A stretch of DNA of 62,511 nt from Macrostomum lignano (lineage: Eukaryota), in assembly GCA_002269645.1 (NCBI GenBank), contig NIVC01003625.1, positions 1 through 62,511 on the forward strand. The letters are read 5' to 3'. Positions 12,597-38,673 of the stretch are shown here, one piece after another. The notes under the pieces are model-generated. The model was given only the letters and a program-made list of their open reading frames with translations. It was not told the DNA's origin and did not search any database. A program made the position numbers and the translations under genes. The first letter of the stretch is position 1. Every line of letters begins with the position of its first letter.

Positions 12597-12853
12597 CCGC
12601 AATTAGCCTTAAAAAGTGTCTGTGGTTAGTTAACGTAGATTTGCTTATTCGAAAGTTAAACTGCGGCAAAATAACCAAACAAAAGTTTCGTTTTGTTCAT
12701 TTACTATCACCGCTGGTTGCGGGACGATTCGTCCGAGTGTTTATTTTGAAACGGCACATTTCAGACAGCCTTACTAATTTAGCTGACAAGGTGCCACTCA
12801 AAAACATGTAGGATTCTCTTCTAGTTTCTTTTGCCAGCTCGAGTTGTTTTTAT

Positions 12854-25975
<13,122 letters not shown>

Positions 25976-26305
25976 TTTGATTTTAGAATCCTGTCATCCA
26001 GTCAAGAGAGCTAACTGCTTTTACCTATCTGAGCATAGCAATGCATTGTGAGCAGCAGTCTTCCACAATGAAACTCATGCCAGCAGATGTACGCACGTGC
26101 GCAGCTATGGTTTCTTTGTGAGCGCGATGGGTCACAAAGGAGCTGAGCGACCCGCGCTCACCTCTTCTCCTTCACAGTGTGCACCTACCGGTCTAGGCTA
26201 TAAAATGAACGGAGGCTGCTCTAGCGTACACTGAGGCTGTACTCAGAGTGGATACTACAGTACAGTTAAAGAAAATGAAGTCTACTGATTGAGCCTAATT
26301 TGACT

Positions 26306-26755
<450 letters not shown>

Positions 26756-27237
26756 GCATTCACAAATGTACAGCACTTTGCTGTCGTACAATAAATGAGC
26801 TCAGTTCTCAAATAGTACTTGAGAAGGGGTGGCTGATGCAGCCGCAGCAGCCCCGCGTTTTCGCTCCATTATGCGGTGCGTAGGGAGGGTTGATGAGGTT
26901 GGCAGTCTCACAGCTGCCTCACTGTACTTTGGAGAGAAGTTTCAGTTTCTAAAATAGGGTTGGTCGGTTACTGCCAGAAGCTACAAAAAAAACTGGGCGC
27001 CAAATTTCCTTAACACTTGGCCTCAACGAATCTAAGAATCGTCTGCCTCTACGCTCGTATGTGACGACAGACAGAGTATATACAGGTAAGAGAAGCTAAA
27101 CACCTTTTGCAGGTTACAATTATGCTTATAGCTAGTGCTATGTGAACTGATTTAAAAACTGGAAATCGTCTGAGCAGTGCCTGTGGTTCCATGGCTGCCT
27201 TCCTCGTCCGTTTGGGGCTTAATTTTATTCCTTCATC

Positions 27238-30200
27238 CCTCCTTCCTTATCCCTGAATCCTTCCCTCCTTCCTTATCCCTGAATCCTCCACTCCTTCCTT
27301 ATCCCTGAATCCTTCCCTCCTTCCTTATCCCTGAATCCTTCCCTCCTTCCTTATCCCTAAATCCTTCCCTCCTTCCTTATCCCTGAATCCTCCACTCCTT
27401 CCTTATCCCTGAATCCTTACCTCCTTCCTTATCCCTGAATCCTTCCCTCCTTCTTTATCCCTGAATCCTTCCCTCCTTCCTTATCCCTGAATCCTTCCCT
27501 CCTTCCTTATCCCTGAATCCTTCCCTCCTTCCTTATCCCTGAATCCTTCCCTCCTTCCTTATCCCTAAATCCTTCCCTCCTTCCTTATCCCTGAATCCTC
27601 CCTCCTTCCTTATCCCTGAATCCTTCCCTCCTTCCTTATCCCTGAATCCTTCCCTCCTTCCTTATCCCTGAATCCTACCTCCTTCCTTATCCCTGAATCC
27701 TCCCTCCTTCCTTATCCCTGAATCCTTCCCTCCTTCCTTATCCCTGAATCCTACCTCCTTCCTTATCCCTGAATCCTCCCTCCTTCCTTATCCCTGAATC
27801 CTTCCCTCCTTCCTTATCCCTGAATCCTTCCCTCCTTCCTTATCCCTGAATCCTACCTCCTTCCTTATCCCTGAATCCTTCCCTCCTTCCTTATCCCTGA
27901 ATCCTTCCCTCCTTCCTTATCCCTGAATCCTACCTCCTTCCTTATCCCTGAATCCTCCCTCCTTCCTTATCCCTGAATCCTTCCCTCCTTCCTTATCCCT
28001 GAATCCTTCCCTCCTTCCTTATCCCTGAATCCTACCTCCTTCCTTATCCCTGAATCCTCCCTCCTTCCTTATCCCTGAATCCTACCTCCTTCCTTATCCC
28101 TGAATCCTTCCCTCCTTCCTTATCCCTGAATCCTTCCCTCCTTCCTTATCCCTGAATCCTTCCCTCCTTCCTTATCCCTGAATCCTTCCCTCCTTCCTTA
28201 TCCCTGAATCCTTCCCTCCTTCCTTATCCCTGAATCCTTCCCTCCTTCCTTATCCCTGAATCCTTCCCTCCTTCCTTATCCCTAAATCCTTCCCTCCTTC
28301 CTTATCCCTGAATCCTTCCCTCCTTCCTTATCCCTGAATCCTTCCCTCCTTCCTTATCCCTGAATCCTTCCCTCCTTCCTTATCCCTGAATCCTTCCCTC
28401 CTTCCTTATTCCTGAATCCTTCCCTCCTTCCTTATCCCTGAATCCTTCCCTCCTTCCTTATCCCTGAATCCTTCCCTCCTTCCTTATCCCTGAATCCTTC
28501 CCTCCTTCCTTATCCCTGAATCCTTCCCTCCTTCCTTATTCCTGAATCCTTCCCTCCTTCCTTATCCCTGAATCCTTCCCTCCTTCCTTATCCCTGAATC
28601 CTTCCCTCCTTCCTTATCCCTGAATCCTTCCCTCCTTCCTTATCCCTGAATCCTTCCTCCTTCCTTATCCCTGAATCCTCCCTCCTTCCTTATCCCTAAA
28701 TCCTTCCCTCCTTCCTTATCCCTGAATCCTTCCCTCCTTCCTTATCCCTGAATCCTACCTCCTTCCTTATCCCTGAATCCTCCCTCCTTCCTTATCCCTG
28801 AATCCTTCCCTCCTTCCTTATCCCTGAATCCTACCTCCTTCCTTATCCCTGAATCCTTCCCTCCTTCCTTATCCCTGAATCCTTCCCTCCTTCCTTATCC
28901 CTGAATCCTTCCCTCCTTCCTTATCCCTGAATCCTCCCTCCTTCCTTATCCCTGAATCCTTCCCTCCTTCCTTATCCCTGAATCCTCCCTCCTTCCTTAT
29001 CCCTGAATCCTTCCCTCCTTCCTTTTCCCTGAATCCTTCCCTCCTTCCTTATCCCTGAATCCTTCTCTCCTTCCTTATCCCTGAATCCTTCCCTCCTTCC
29101 TTATCCCTGAATCCTTCCCTCCTTCCTTATCCCTGAATCCTTCCCTCCTTCCTTATCCCTGAATCCTTCCCTCCTTCCTTATCCCTGAATCCTTCCCTCC
29201 TTCCTTATCCCTGAATCCTTCCCTCCTTCTTTATCCCTGAATCCTTCCCTCCTTCCTTATCCCTGAATCCTACCTCCTTCCTTATCCCTGAATCCTCCCT
29301 CCTTCCTTATCCCTGAATCCTTCCCTCCTTCCTTATCCCTGAATCCTACCTCCTTCCTTATCCCTGAATCCTCCCTCCTTCCTTATCCCTGAATCCTTCC
29401 CTCCTTCCTTATCCCTGAATCCTACCTCCTTCCTTATCCCTGAATCCTTCCCTCCTTCCTTATCCCTGAATCCTTCCCTCCTTCCTTATCCCTGAATCCT
29501 TCCCTCCTTCCTTATCCCTGAATCCTACCTCCTTCCTTATCCCTGAATCCTTCCCTCCTTCTTTATCCCTGAATCCTTCCCTCCTTCCTTATTCCTGAAT
29601 CCTTCCCTCCTTCCTTATCCCTGAATCCTACCTCCTTCCTTATCCCTAAATCCTTCCCTCCTTCCTTATCCCTGAATCCTTCCCTCCTTCCTTGTCCGTG
29701 AATCCTTCCCTCCTTCCTTATTCCTGAATCCTTCCCTCCTTCCTTATCCCTGAATCCTTCCCTCCTTCCTTATCCCTGAATCCTTCCCTCCTTCCTTATC
29801 CCTGAATCCTTCCCTCCTTCTTTATCCCTGAATCCTTCCCTCCTTCCTTATCCCTGAATCCTTCCCTCCTTCCTTATCCCTGAATCCTTCCCTCCTTCCT
29901 TATCCCTGAATCCTTCCCTCCTTCCTTATCCCTGAATCCTTCCCTCCTTCCTTATCCCTGAATCCTCCCTCCTTCCTTATCCCTGAATCCTCCCTCCTTC
30001 CTTATCCCTGAATCCTTCCCTCCTTCCTTATCCCTGAATCCTTCCCTCCTTCCTTATCCCTGAATCCTACCTCCTTCCTTATCCCTGAATCCTCCCTCCT
30101 TCCTTATCCCTGAATCCTTCCCACCTTCCTTATCCCTGAATCCTACCTCCTTCCTTATCCCTGAATCCTTCCCTCCTTCCTTATCCCTGAATCCTTCCCT

Positions 30201-30760
30201 CCTTCCTTATCCCTGAATCCTTCCCTCCTTCCTTATCCCTGAATCCTCCCTCCTTCCTTATCCCTGAATCCTTCCCTCCTTCCTTATCCCTGAATCCTCC
30301 CTCCTTCCTTATCCCTGAATCCTTCCCTCCTTCCTTATCCCTGAATCCTTCCCTCCTTCCTTATCCCTGAATCCTTCCCTCCTTCCTTATCCCTGAATCC
30401 TTCCCTCCTTCCTTATCCCTGAATCCTTCCCTCCTTCCTTATTCCTGAATCCTTCCCTCCTTCCTTATCCCTGAATCCTCCCTCCTTCCTTATCCCTGAA
30501 TCCTTCCCTCCTTCCTTATCCCTGAATCCTTCCCTCCTTCCTTATCCCTGAATCCTTCCCTCCTTCCTTATCCCTGAATCCTTCCCTCCTTCCTTATCCC
30601 TGAATCCTACCTCCTTCCTTATCCCTGAATCCTTCCCTCCTTCCTTATTCCTGAATCCTTACCTCCTTCCTTATCCCTGAATCCTTCCCTCCTTCCTTAT
30701 CCCTGAATCCTTCCTCCTTCCTTATCCCTGAATCCCTGAATCCCTAAATTCATTCCTCCT
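27238..30760. repeat. 26-bp pyrimidine-rich minisatellite, ~135 copies
   Basis: Unit TTCCTTATCCCTGAATCCTTCCCTCC, ~3.5 kb. Confidence 0.98.
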
Positions 30761-30993
30761 TCCTTCTAAAGCTTCCATAATTACGTATTCTGCACCATAT
30801 TTTCGCGGTTTCTGTTATTGAATTCATTCAATCATCAGGATGGGCGATCTGAGACCATTCTCCCAAATCTATGGTGCTTCTAAATTTTCTTAGTTAATAA
30901 AACGACGAAAATAGTGACTATAAAAATACATACTGTAATTTAAGCATGCCTTTTAACAAAAATTAATTAAAGATTTCTTCTCACGCAGGCACA

Positions 30994-33204
30994 ATGGGTC
31001 AGAGCTTCAGCCGACATGGAGCCGTCACCAGTGTAAACATCATAGCTTTGAGAGCTCGTCTCTGGCTTCAACTAGGGGAAAGAAGAAAAGCTCGATTTTG
31101 CATACAAAATTCGCGCCTGGCTGCCCAGCGTGGTCAGTGGGAAGTGGTGAAGTTTCTGGTGCAGAGGATCGCTGACCAAAGTGTAAAGGATTGCTGCTGC
31201 GTAGAGGCGGTGGAACATGCTGCAAGGAAGAGTGAGTGGGAAGTAGTCACGTATCTGGTGCAGAGAGTAGCTGAGCAAAGAAAACTATATCAGTGTTGCA
31301 TTGACGCATCGAAACCAGCAGCAAGTTCTGGTCAGTTAGAAGTGGTGCAGTTTCTGGTGCAGACAATTGCTGACCAAAGAAGCAGATATCAGTGTTGCAT
31401 TGACGCATCGAAACCAGCAGCAAGTTCTGGTCAGTTAGAAGTGGTGCAGTTTCTGGTGCAGACAGTGGCTGACCAAAGTGTAAAAGATTATTGCTGCATA
31501 GAGGCAGCGAGCTCTGCTGAAAGAAACGGTCAGTGGAAAGTAGTGAAGTTTCTGGTGCAGACAGTTTCTGATTCAACCCTGAGGGACAGGTGCTGCGTGC
31601 AGGCAGCGACCTCTGCTGCAGCCAATGGTCAGTGGGAAGTGCTGAAGTTTCTCGTGCAGATAGTCGCTGACGAGGCAAAGAGAGATCAGTGCTGCATAAA
31701 GGCAGCAAAATCTCTAGCAGAAGGTCAGTTAGAAGTGGTGAAGTTTCTGGTGCACGCAGTCGTTGATCAAAGTTTGAGAGATCAGTTCTGTATGAAGGAA
31801 GCGGAATCTGCTGCAGCAAAGGGTCAGTTAGAAATGACGAAGTTACTGGTCCAGACCGTCTCTGACCAAATTTTGAAAGATCAGTGCTGCATGGAAGCAG
31901 CAAAGTGTGCTTCAAAAGAGGGTCACTTAGAAGTGCTGAAGTTTCTGGTGCAGACAACCGATGGTCAAACCAACAGAGATCAGTGCTGCATGGAAGCAGC
32001 GAAATGTGCTTCACAACAGGGTCATTTAGTTGTGGTGAAGTTTCTGGTGCAGACAGTTGCTGACCAAGCAAACAGAGATCAGTGCTGCATGGAGGCCGTG
32101 GAGCCTGCTGCAATTTATGGTCATTTAGATGTGGTGAAGTTGCTGGTGCTGTCAGTTGCTGACGAAGCAAAGAGAGATCCGTGCTGTGTGAAGGCAGCCA
32201 CATCTGCTGCAACCAATGGTCAGTGGGACGTGCTGAAATTTCTGGTGCAGACAATCGCTGACCAAACAAACAGAGATCAGTGCTGCATAGAGGCAGCAAA
32301 ACAAGCTGCCAAAAAATGTCCGTTAGAATTGATCAACTTTCTGGTGCAGACAGTCGCTGACCAGGAAAACAGAGATCTTTGCTGCATGGTGGCCGTGAAG
32401 CCTGCTGCAATTCATGGTGACTTAGAAGTGGTGAGGTTTCTGGTGCAGACAGTTACTGACCAAACAAGCAGAGATCAGTACTTGATGGAGGCAGCAAAAT
32501 GGGCTTCAGAACAGGGTCATTTAGATGTGGTGAAGTTTCTGGTGCAGACAGTTGCTGACCAAACAAACAGAGATCAGTGCTGCATGGAGGCGGTGGCGCC
32601 TGCTGCAATTTATGGTCATTTAGATGTGGTGAAGTTTCTGGTGCTGTCAGTTGCTGACGAAGCAAAGAGAGATCAGTGCTGCATGAAAGCTGTGGAACCT
32701 GCCGCAATTTATGGTCAGTTAGAAGTGCTGAAATTTCTGGTGCCGACAGTCGCTGACCAAGAAAAAAGCGATCAGTGCTGCATGAAAGCTGTGGAACCTG
32801 CCGCAATTAATGGTCAATTAGAAGCTTTGAAGTTTCTGGTGCCGACAGTTTCTGACCAAGAAAAAAGAGATCACTGCTGCATGGAAGCCGTGGAGCCTGC
32901 TGCAATTTATGGTCAGTTAGAAGTGATGAAGTTTCTGGTGCAGTCAGTCGCTGACCAAACAAACCGAGATCAGTGCTGCATGAAGGCGGCCAGCTTTTTT
33001 GCAAGATCTGGAAGGCTAGAAGTTGTGAAGTTTCTGGTTCAGTCAGTTTCTGACCAAGAAAAGAGAACCCGTTGTTGCATAGAGGCAGCGGAAGCTGCTG
33101 CTAGAGGGGGCTATCAGGAACTGATGAAGTTTCTGCTGCAGACAGTCGCTGATCAAAAAAGAACGTCTGATGCTGCAGGCAAGCAACACAATCTGCTACA
33201 ATGA
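30994..33204 (+). CDS. Intronless 736-aa ankyrin-like repeat protein (21 x 33-aa repeats with Cys-Cys), possible N-myristoylation
   Basis: Long ORF of diverged 99-bp repeats (consensus QCCMEAxxxAAxxGxLEVVKFLVQTVADQxxRD); MGQSFS start; acceptor TTTCTTCTCACGCAG five bases upstream of the ATG. Confidence 0.88.
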   Translation: MGQSFSRHGAVTSVNIIALRARLWLQLGERRKARFCIQNSRLAAQRGQWEVVKFLVQRIADQSVKDCCCVEAVEHAARKSEWEVVTYLVQRVAEQRKLYQCCIDASKPAASSGQLEVVQFLVQTIADQRSRYQCCIDASKPAASSGQLEVVQFLVQTVADQSVKDYCCIEAASSAERNGQWKVVKFLVQTVSDSTLRDRCCVQAATSAAANGQWEVLKFLVQIVADEAKRDQCCIKAAKSLAEGQLEVVKFLVHAVVDQSLRDQFCMKEAESAAAKGQLEMTKLLVQTVSDQILKDQCCMEAAKCASKEGHLEVLKFLVQTTDGQTNRDQCCMEAAKCASQQGHLVVVKFLVQTVADQANRDQCCMEAVEPAAIYGHLDVVKLLVLSVADEAKRDPCCVKAATSAATNGQWDVLKFLVQTIADQTNRDQCCIEAAKQAAKKCPLELINFLVQTVADQENRDLCCMVAVKPAAIHGDLEVVRFLVQTVTDQTSRDQYLMEAAKWASEQGHLDVVKFLVQTVADQTNRDQCCMEAVAPAAIYGHLDVVKFLVLSVADEAKRDQCCMKAVEPAAIYGQLEVLKFLVPTVADQEKSDQCCMKAVEPAAINGQLEALKFLVPTVSDQEKRDHCCMEAVEPAAIYGQLEVMKFLVQSVADQTNRDQCCMKAASFFARSGRLEVVKFLVQSVSDQEKRTRCCIEAAEAAARGGYQELMKFLLQTVADQKRTSDAAGKQHNLLQ

Positions 33205-33851
33205 ATGGTCAGTTGGAAGCTTTGAAATTTCTGATGCAGACTGTCGCAGACCATGCAAAGACAAGACACTCAAGCTGCTTAAACTGGTTAGACTAGATGC
33301 ACTGCCAGTAGTGCATACTGCATGTTTTAAGTGATATGCTTTGATACTAAATTTATGCTGTGCTGTCCGTATTTTGTTTGAATATCTTTGGCTGCTCATG
33401 TTGATTTTTTGCTATATGTTTTAAAACTGAGACCATTGTATTTTTGTTCGTATTTTGTTTGTTTAATTAGATTCTATTTTTAAGTACAGCATGTAGGCTA
33501 CGCCACATTCGGCTTAAGTAAACATACCGCACTTGATAAATCTCTTTAAAAAGAAATGTGACTGTGTCGACGTCATTCCGTCAACCTTTTGTATCCGTAT
33601 CGTTATTGCATTTCTATTATGATTATTATTGCTATACTAAACGCATTTTAAAAATGTGTATAGTACGCTTGTGATTGAACGCGAGGAAATTGCTTGTTTT
33701 ACTTTTTTGTGTGCTGTCTACCACGATCCCTAACTTTCTTGTAAAAGCTACAGTCCCCATTCTGCCTGATAATTCGCTTTAATCAAGTCGGTATTACGAT
33801 TGCTGTGCTACCCTTCTTCTGCGAACACTGAAGCCTATCAAGGCATTTATA

Positions 33852-34127
33852 CTCAGCAACATTGAAAAGTCGCCACTCTATGCGCCAGTGAGCAATTTCT
33901 CTTGGACTATTCTGAAAAAAAGATACGAGAAAACTAATATCCGGGTAGTTTTAATCCGTCCAATCCTCGCACACCGCTCCCCCCCCACTTCATTCCTCAA
34001 CCCAAGTCTGTCGCATGGCGTAGCTGAGTTGCGTCACTCGCGAAGATTGAGAGACTTTACCAGCACTCGCAAAAGTGGCGACAACAGACCGAATCTGCTG
34101 TGATGGAGACTTTTCGATGTTGCTGAG
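33852..34127. mobile_element. 276-bp MITE with Tc1-family TIRs
   Basis: 24-bp TIRs CTCAGCAACATTGAAAAGTCGCCA / revcomp CTCAGCAACATCGAAAAGTCTCCA; TA on the left flank; same TIR family as 53824-54448. Confidence 0.75.
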
Positions 34128-34428
34128 TTTAAGCTCCAAGTTGTTGCTTTATTTTCCCCTCGACAATAACTATCGTACATATAATAAAATCGAACTATTG
34201 ATTTAAATACTACGCGCCTTAATCGATTTTTTGTTCGTCACAAAATCGTGAAGTCGTGGTTGCATATTTGGAAAATCGTTTTGAAGGATTGAGATACTTT
34301 ATTTCGAGCGACTGCCGTCTGCTGCTTTCAGTCCAATCAAGCATTCACAGTGTCTGAATTTCTTTGAGCAAAATAAGCTACGTTGACTACGTTAAAAAAT
34401 CAAGTAAAAATGTCAAGAATCCACCAAA

Positions 34429-37400
34429 TTAAGCGTCGCGATTGCGCAGCGCCAGCCGCTGGTCGAAGCAGTTTCTGGCCAGAACGTAGAAAAATTCGAA
34501 AATCTCCAGCACAGAGAGCAGACTGATGCCCAGCCACAGGCCCAGGATGCCGCCCGTCTGGATTTTGGTTGGGCGAATTTTGATTACAAGAGGGCGGATT
34601 CGATAGTGGCGGAGCGGATGCTGATATTTACAGGGCAGGTTTTGATAACGGCAGGGTGGATTTTGATGGTAGAAGGGCGGATTTTGATTGTCGGATAGCG
34701 AATTCTGATGGTGGAATTGCGGATTTTGATGGTGGGAGGGTGGGGTTTGATTGTGAAGAAATGAATTTTGATGGTTGAAGAGCGGATTTCGGTGGTGGGA
34801 AGGCGGATTTTGATTGTCGGAGGGTGGATTTTGATGGTGGGAGGGCGGATTTTCAAAGTCAAGAGACGTATCTTGACCTCGGACAGGGCCTCGGTCCACT
34901 CATAGCTGACAGACTCCACGTAGGAGTCAGCAGCAGACGAGAGCAGGTGTATTCCAATTAGAGCCATATTTTTGGTCATGACAGCCTTCTGAAGGCAATT
35001 GGTGGCGGTGGGATAGAGGCGCCGAAGCAGGTTCAGGTCGCAGGAGGTGTCCGTTCCGTTGCAGAACTGCTCAAGGCAGAGCTGGTCAGTGAGAAGTAGA
35101 GGGTAGTACACCAGCTCCTGGCGACTAGTGGACCTGATGGTTGGGAGTGGTTGCTGTGTGTTCATCATTCACCAATTTCTAATTACAATCTTCATCATTC
35201 ACCGATTTCTAATTTCTATATTCATCATTCACCAATTTCTAATTTCTATATTCATCATTCACCAATTTCTAATTTCTATATTCATCATTTACCAATTTCT
35301 AATTTCTATATTCATCATTCACCAGTTTTTTTACATTCACCATTCACCAATGCCTGATTTCTATAATCATTATTTACCAATTTCTGATATCAGTCTTCAT
35401 CACTCATCAATTTCTGATTAAAATCTTTATCATTCACCAATTTTTGATTAATATATTCATCATTCACCAAATTTTAATTAATATATTCCTCATTCACCAA
35501 ATTCTGAGATCTACATTCATCATTCACCTATTTGTTATATCTATATTCATCATTCACTGATTTCTGCTTACAATCACAATCTTTATCATTCACCAATTTC
35601 TGATTGAAATCTTCATCATTCACTAATGCCTGATTTCTGCAATCATCATTCACATAATTCTGATATCTATATTCATTATTCACAAACTTCTGATTACAAT
35701 CTTTATCATTAACTGAATTTTCTAATTTCTATATTCATCATTCACCAATTTTTTTTCTATATTCACCATTCACCAATGCCTGATTTCTATAATCATTATT
35801 TACCAATTTCTGATATCAACCTTTATCACTCATCAATTTCTGATTAACATATTCATCATTCACCAATTTTTAATTAATATATTCCTCATTCACCAATTTT
35901 TTATTAATATATTCCTCATTCCCCGATGTCTGATATCTTTATTCATCATTCCCCAATGTCCCAAGGCCAACTCAAATCCCTACCGATTAAAGGCTGCAGT
36001 TTCGGTCCTGTTAAAGATGTGGTGATTGTGCCCGCATTCCATCGTGAACTCTTTGCCAGAGGCAATTTTCGGGGCGATGAAATCCGTCCAAATGTCTTGA
36101 ACGTGCTCAAAACGAGGCCACGAGCTGCTCTGCTCCAAGGGTCGGTACAGAGTGAACTCGCAGAATCTTTTCGAATGAAATTTCTGCATCAGCTCGTAAG
36201 TTCGCTTCTCGGCGTCTAGGATCCAACGATCGTGACATCGGATTTTCCTGAGCACCTGCTCAGGGGGAATCTTCCAGCTGGATGGTGGCACATAGTAGCA
36301 CAGCTCACTGTTGTCTACTGTGAATGGGTACCTGAAATTTGTGGCCAAAAGTGACTTCAACCTGATACGATGACATTCGGACAGAGTGACATTCGGACAG
36401 AGTGACATTCGGACAGAGTGACATTCGGACAGAGTGACATTCGGACAGAGTGACATTCGGACAGAGTGACATTCGGACAGAGTGACATTCGGACAGAGTG
36501 ACATTCGGACAGAGTGACATTCGGACAGAGTGACATTCGGACAGAGTGACATTCGGACAGAGTGACATTCGGACAGAGTGACATTCGGACAGAGTGACAT
36601 TCGGACAGAGTGACATTCGGACAGAGTGACATTCGGACAGAGTGACATTCGGACAGAGTGACATTCGGACAGAGTGACATTCGGACAGAGTGACATTCGG
36701 ACAGAGTGACATTCGGACAGAGTGACATTCGGACAGAGTGACATTCGGACAGAGTGACATTCGGACAGAGTGACATTCTTAGAACAGTTTGTTAATCGTA
36801 AGTACGCTTATCATTATGTCATACCACTCAGCATAACGCCCACCTGTGAGAATAGCAGCCGCAGTTTTCATGCACGAGATTCTGTTTCTCTTCAGCCACA
36901 AAGTCGCTATCAGTTTTCTGATATTTTTTGTGTCCAATATGCTTGGATCCGTGAGCAAAGTAACGGACGTAAGACACATTTTCTGCGGCGCTTCTCGGTG
37001 TGCACTGGTGCGCGGCGCTGGAGAGCAGCGAATGCTGCAAGGGTCGCAATTTAATTATTGATTTGGTCCCTGACTGCACGTCCACGAACTCGCGACCTGC
37101 ATTGGATTTGGTAAGCGTCTGGATGGTTTTAAGTCCATTGTAGTGCGCCCGCTTTAGTGGCGCTAAAGCCCCTGGTGCTAAAGCCCTGTTAGGTTTAGTT
37201 GGTGTAATTGGTGTGTGTGTGTGTGTGTGTGTGCGCATGTGTGCGGCAAGCGGCAACCCCCAGTCAATGGAGGGTCGAATGTAGTTCAACCGTCAAAAAC
37301 TACTCACTGAGCATCGGGTACAGCTTCCTCTCGTGGATAAAGACGCGAAATCCGCCGGGTTCGTAGCTGCCTTCAGTGAGCAGGTGGTTGAGTCCTGTGG

Positions 37401-38673
37401 CCTCGTTGAGCAATTCTTTCAGTGATATCGGTTCCTGTATAAGAGTTAACAACATAGCACCATGCTTTTTTGATTAACCAAGGTTGCATTTGAACTTGAA
37501 CTTTATTGGGCATGTTGCTGCACCAAAAAAGAAGTTTACTTCAGGCTCATGGAAAACTGCTCAGATGCAAAGGGTCTTAGTGGGCGTTGCTCACATGCAA
37601 AGAATCAATGGAAGAGCTAGTTTAAGGCTCTATAGTTAAGCCATGGCTTAAGGATTGGTTTCAGAGATGCACTGGCTCAAGGCCCTTTTCATATGGAGTA
37701 TCTTTATTTCTAAATTTATTCCCTCTTTGTTGCCTCCCCAAAGGAAAGTAGCACCTCTGAGGTTAAATAAATAAATAAAATTAACCTGCTCTTCCGTCTG
37801 CCGACTTCTCTTATAGATTCCAGTGCTGAGATTTTTCTGCCTAGCGCTGCCGTCCAAATCCTCGAGTCGTACGGTGTTGTGGTTGTCAGTGAACAGCACC
37901 AAGTCAAGTTCGGCCCCCTTGCCGCCCTTTCCCGTGACCAAGTTGTCCTTGTGCACGAAGAACGTGTAACAATTCCAAAAGCGATAATTCTGCCTCAGAC
38001 TGAAGTTTTTTTGGTGACATTTCATGCTGTTGTAGGAGCAATCCAGAAGAAGGGTGACGTCCAGGACTCCGATATCGCGCGAGTCACCAGAGACCCACAG
38101 GATCTGGAACAGCCGGCCGAACACAAGCCGCGCTCGTTCATAAAAGTTCACTTTGCTCTCGTGCCGTCTTCGTTTCCTCTCTTCGACATACCAATTGTCG
38201 AAGTAGCCCCATTTATCGCGGATGTACTGGCGAAACTCCGGAGCCAGAGACATCGACTCGGAGGCTGGCTTCAAGTTGCACAAAGTGATGTCTGGAAATT
38301 TCACCTGCTCGCTCATTAGTTTCAGCTGGGAAGTCAGTGGATTGCTTAAAAATTCCATCGCAGTAGCGTGCATGTGCGCCAGGCCCAGACACAATGCGAC
38401 CAGCATCAGAACCAGCCAGAATATCCGGCGAGTCAGCTCCCTGGAATGGAAGATGTGCTGCAAACCGTGTATGGTGCTCCTAGCACCGAATTGCTCCACC
38501 GTGGTGTACAGCTTTTGCAGAATTGGCGAGCTGAATTGACGGTTGTCTTCAATATCCGCTGTAGGGTCTAACGCTCTGGGATCAGGCTCAATGCCATTGA
38601 GTAGGTCCTGGACAAGTCTTCGTCTGACTTCCCTGATTCTGTCGACTGATGCATCCGCCTGGTGGTTTACCAT
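34429..38673 (-). CDS. Degenerin/ENaC/ASIC-family ion channel, 6 exons, ~666 aa
   Basis: Exons: 38673-37786, 37434-37308, 37096-36844, 36331-35984, 35133-34878, 34557-34429 (2001 nt, phases 0,1,2,2,0, all GT-AG). Motifs: STIHG, TM1, FPDITLCN, NCYTF, GFRVFIH, CGC, WP, TM2 LSETGGILGLWLGIS. Confidence 0.93.
34570..34860. repeat. Degenerate 21-bp minisatellite in DEG/ENaC intron 5
   Basis: GATTTTGATGGTGGGAGGGCG-like units. Confidence 0.8.
35160..35960. repeat. Degenerate ~30-bp AT-rich minisatellite in DEG/ENaC intron 4
   Basis: TTCATCATTCACCAATTTCTAATTTCTATA-like units. Confidence 0.88.
36371..36779. repeat. Perfect 16-bp minisatellite (~25 copies) in DEG/ENaC intron 3
   Basis: Unit TGACATTCGGACAGAG. 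Confidence 0.97.

Noticed and set aside
25991-26024. 34-nt GT-AG interval upstream of the PIG-W ATG (possible 5' UTR mini-intron)
   Set aside because: Very short and weak polypyrimidine tract; cannot be supported without cDNA.
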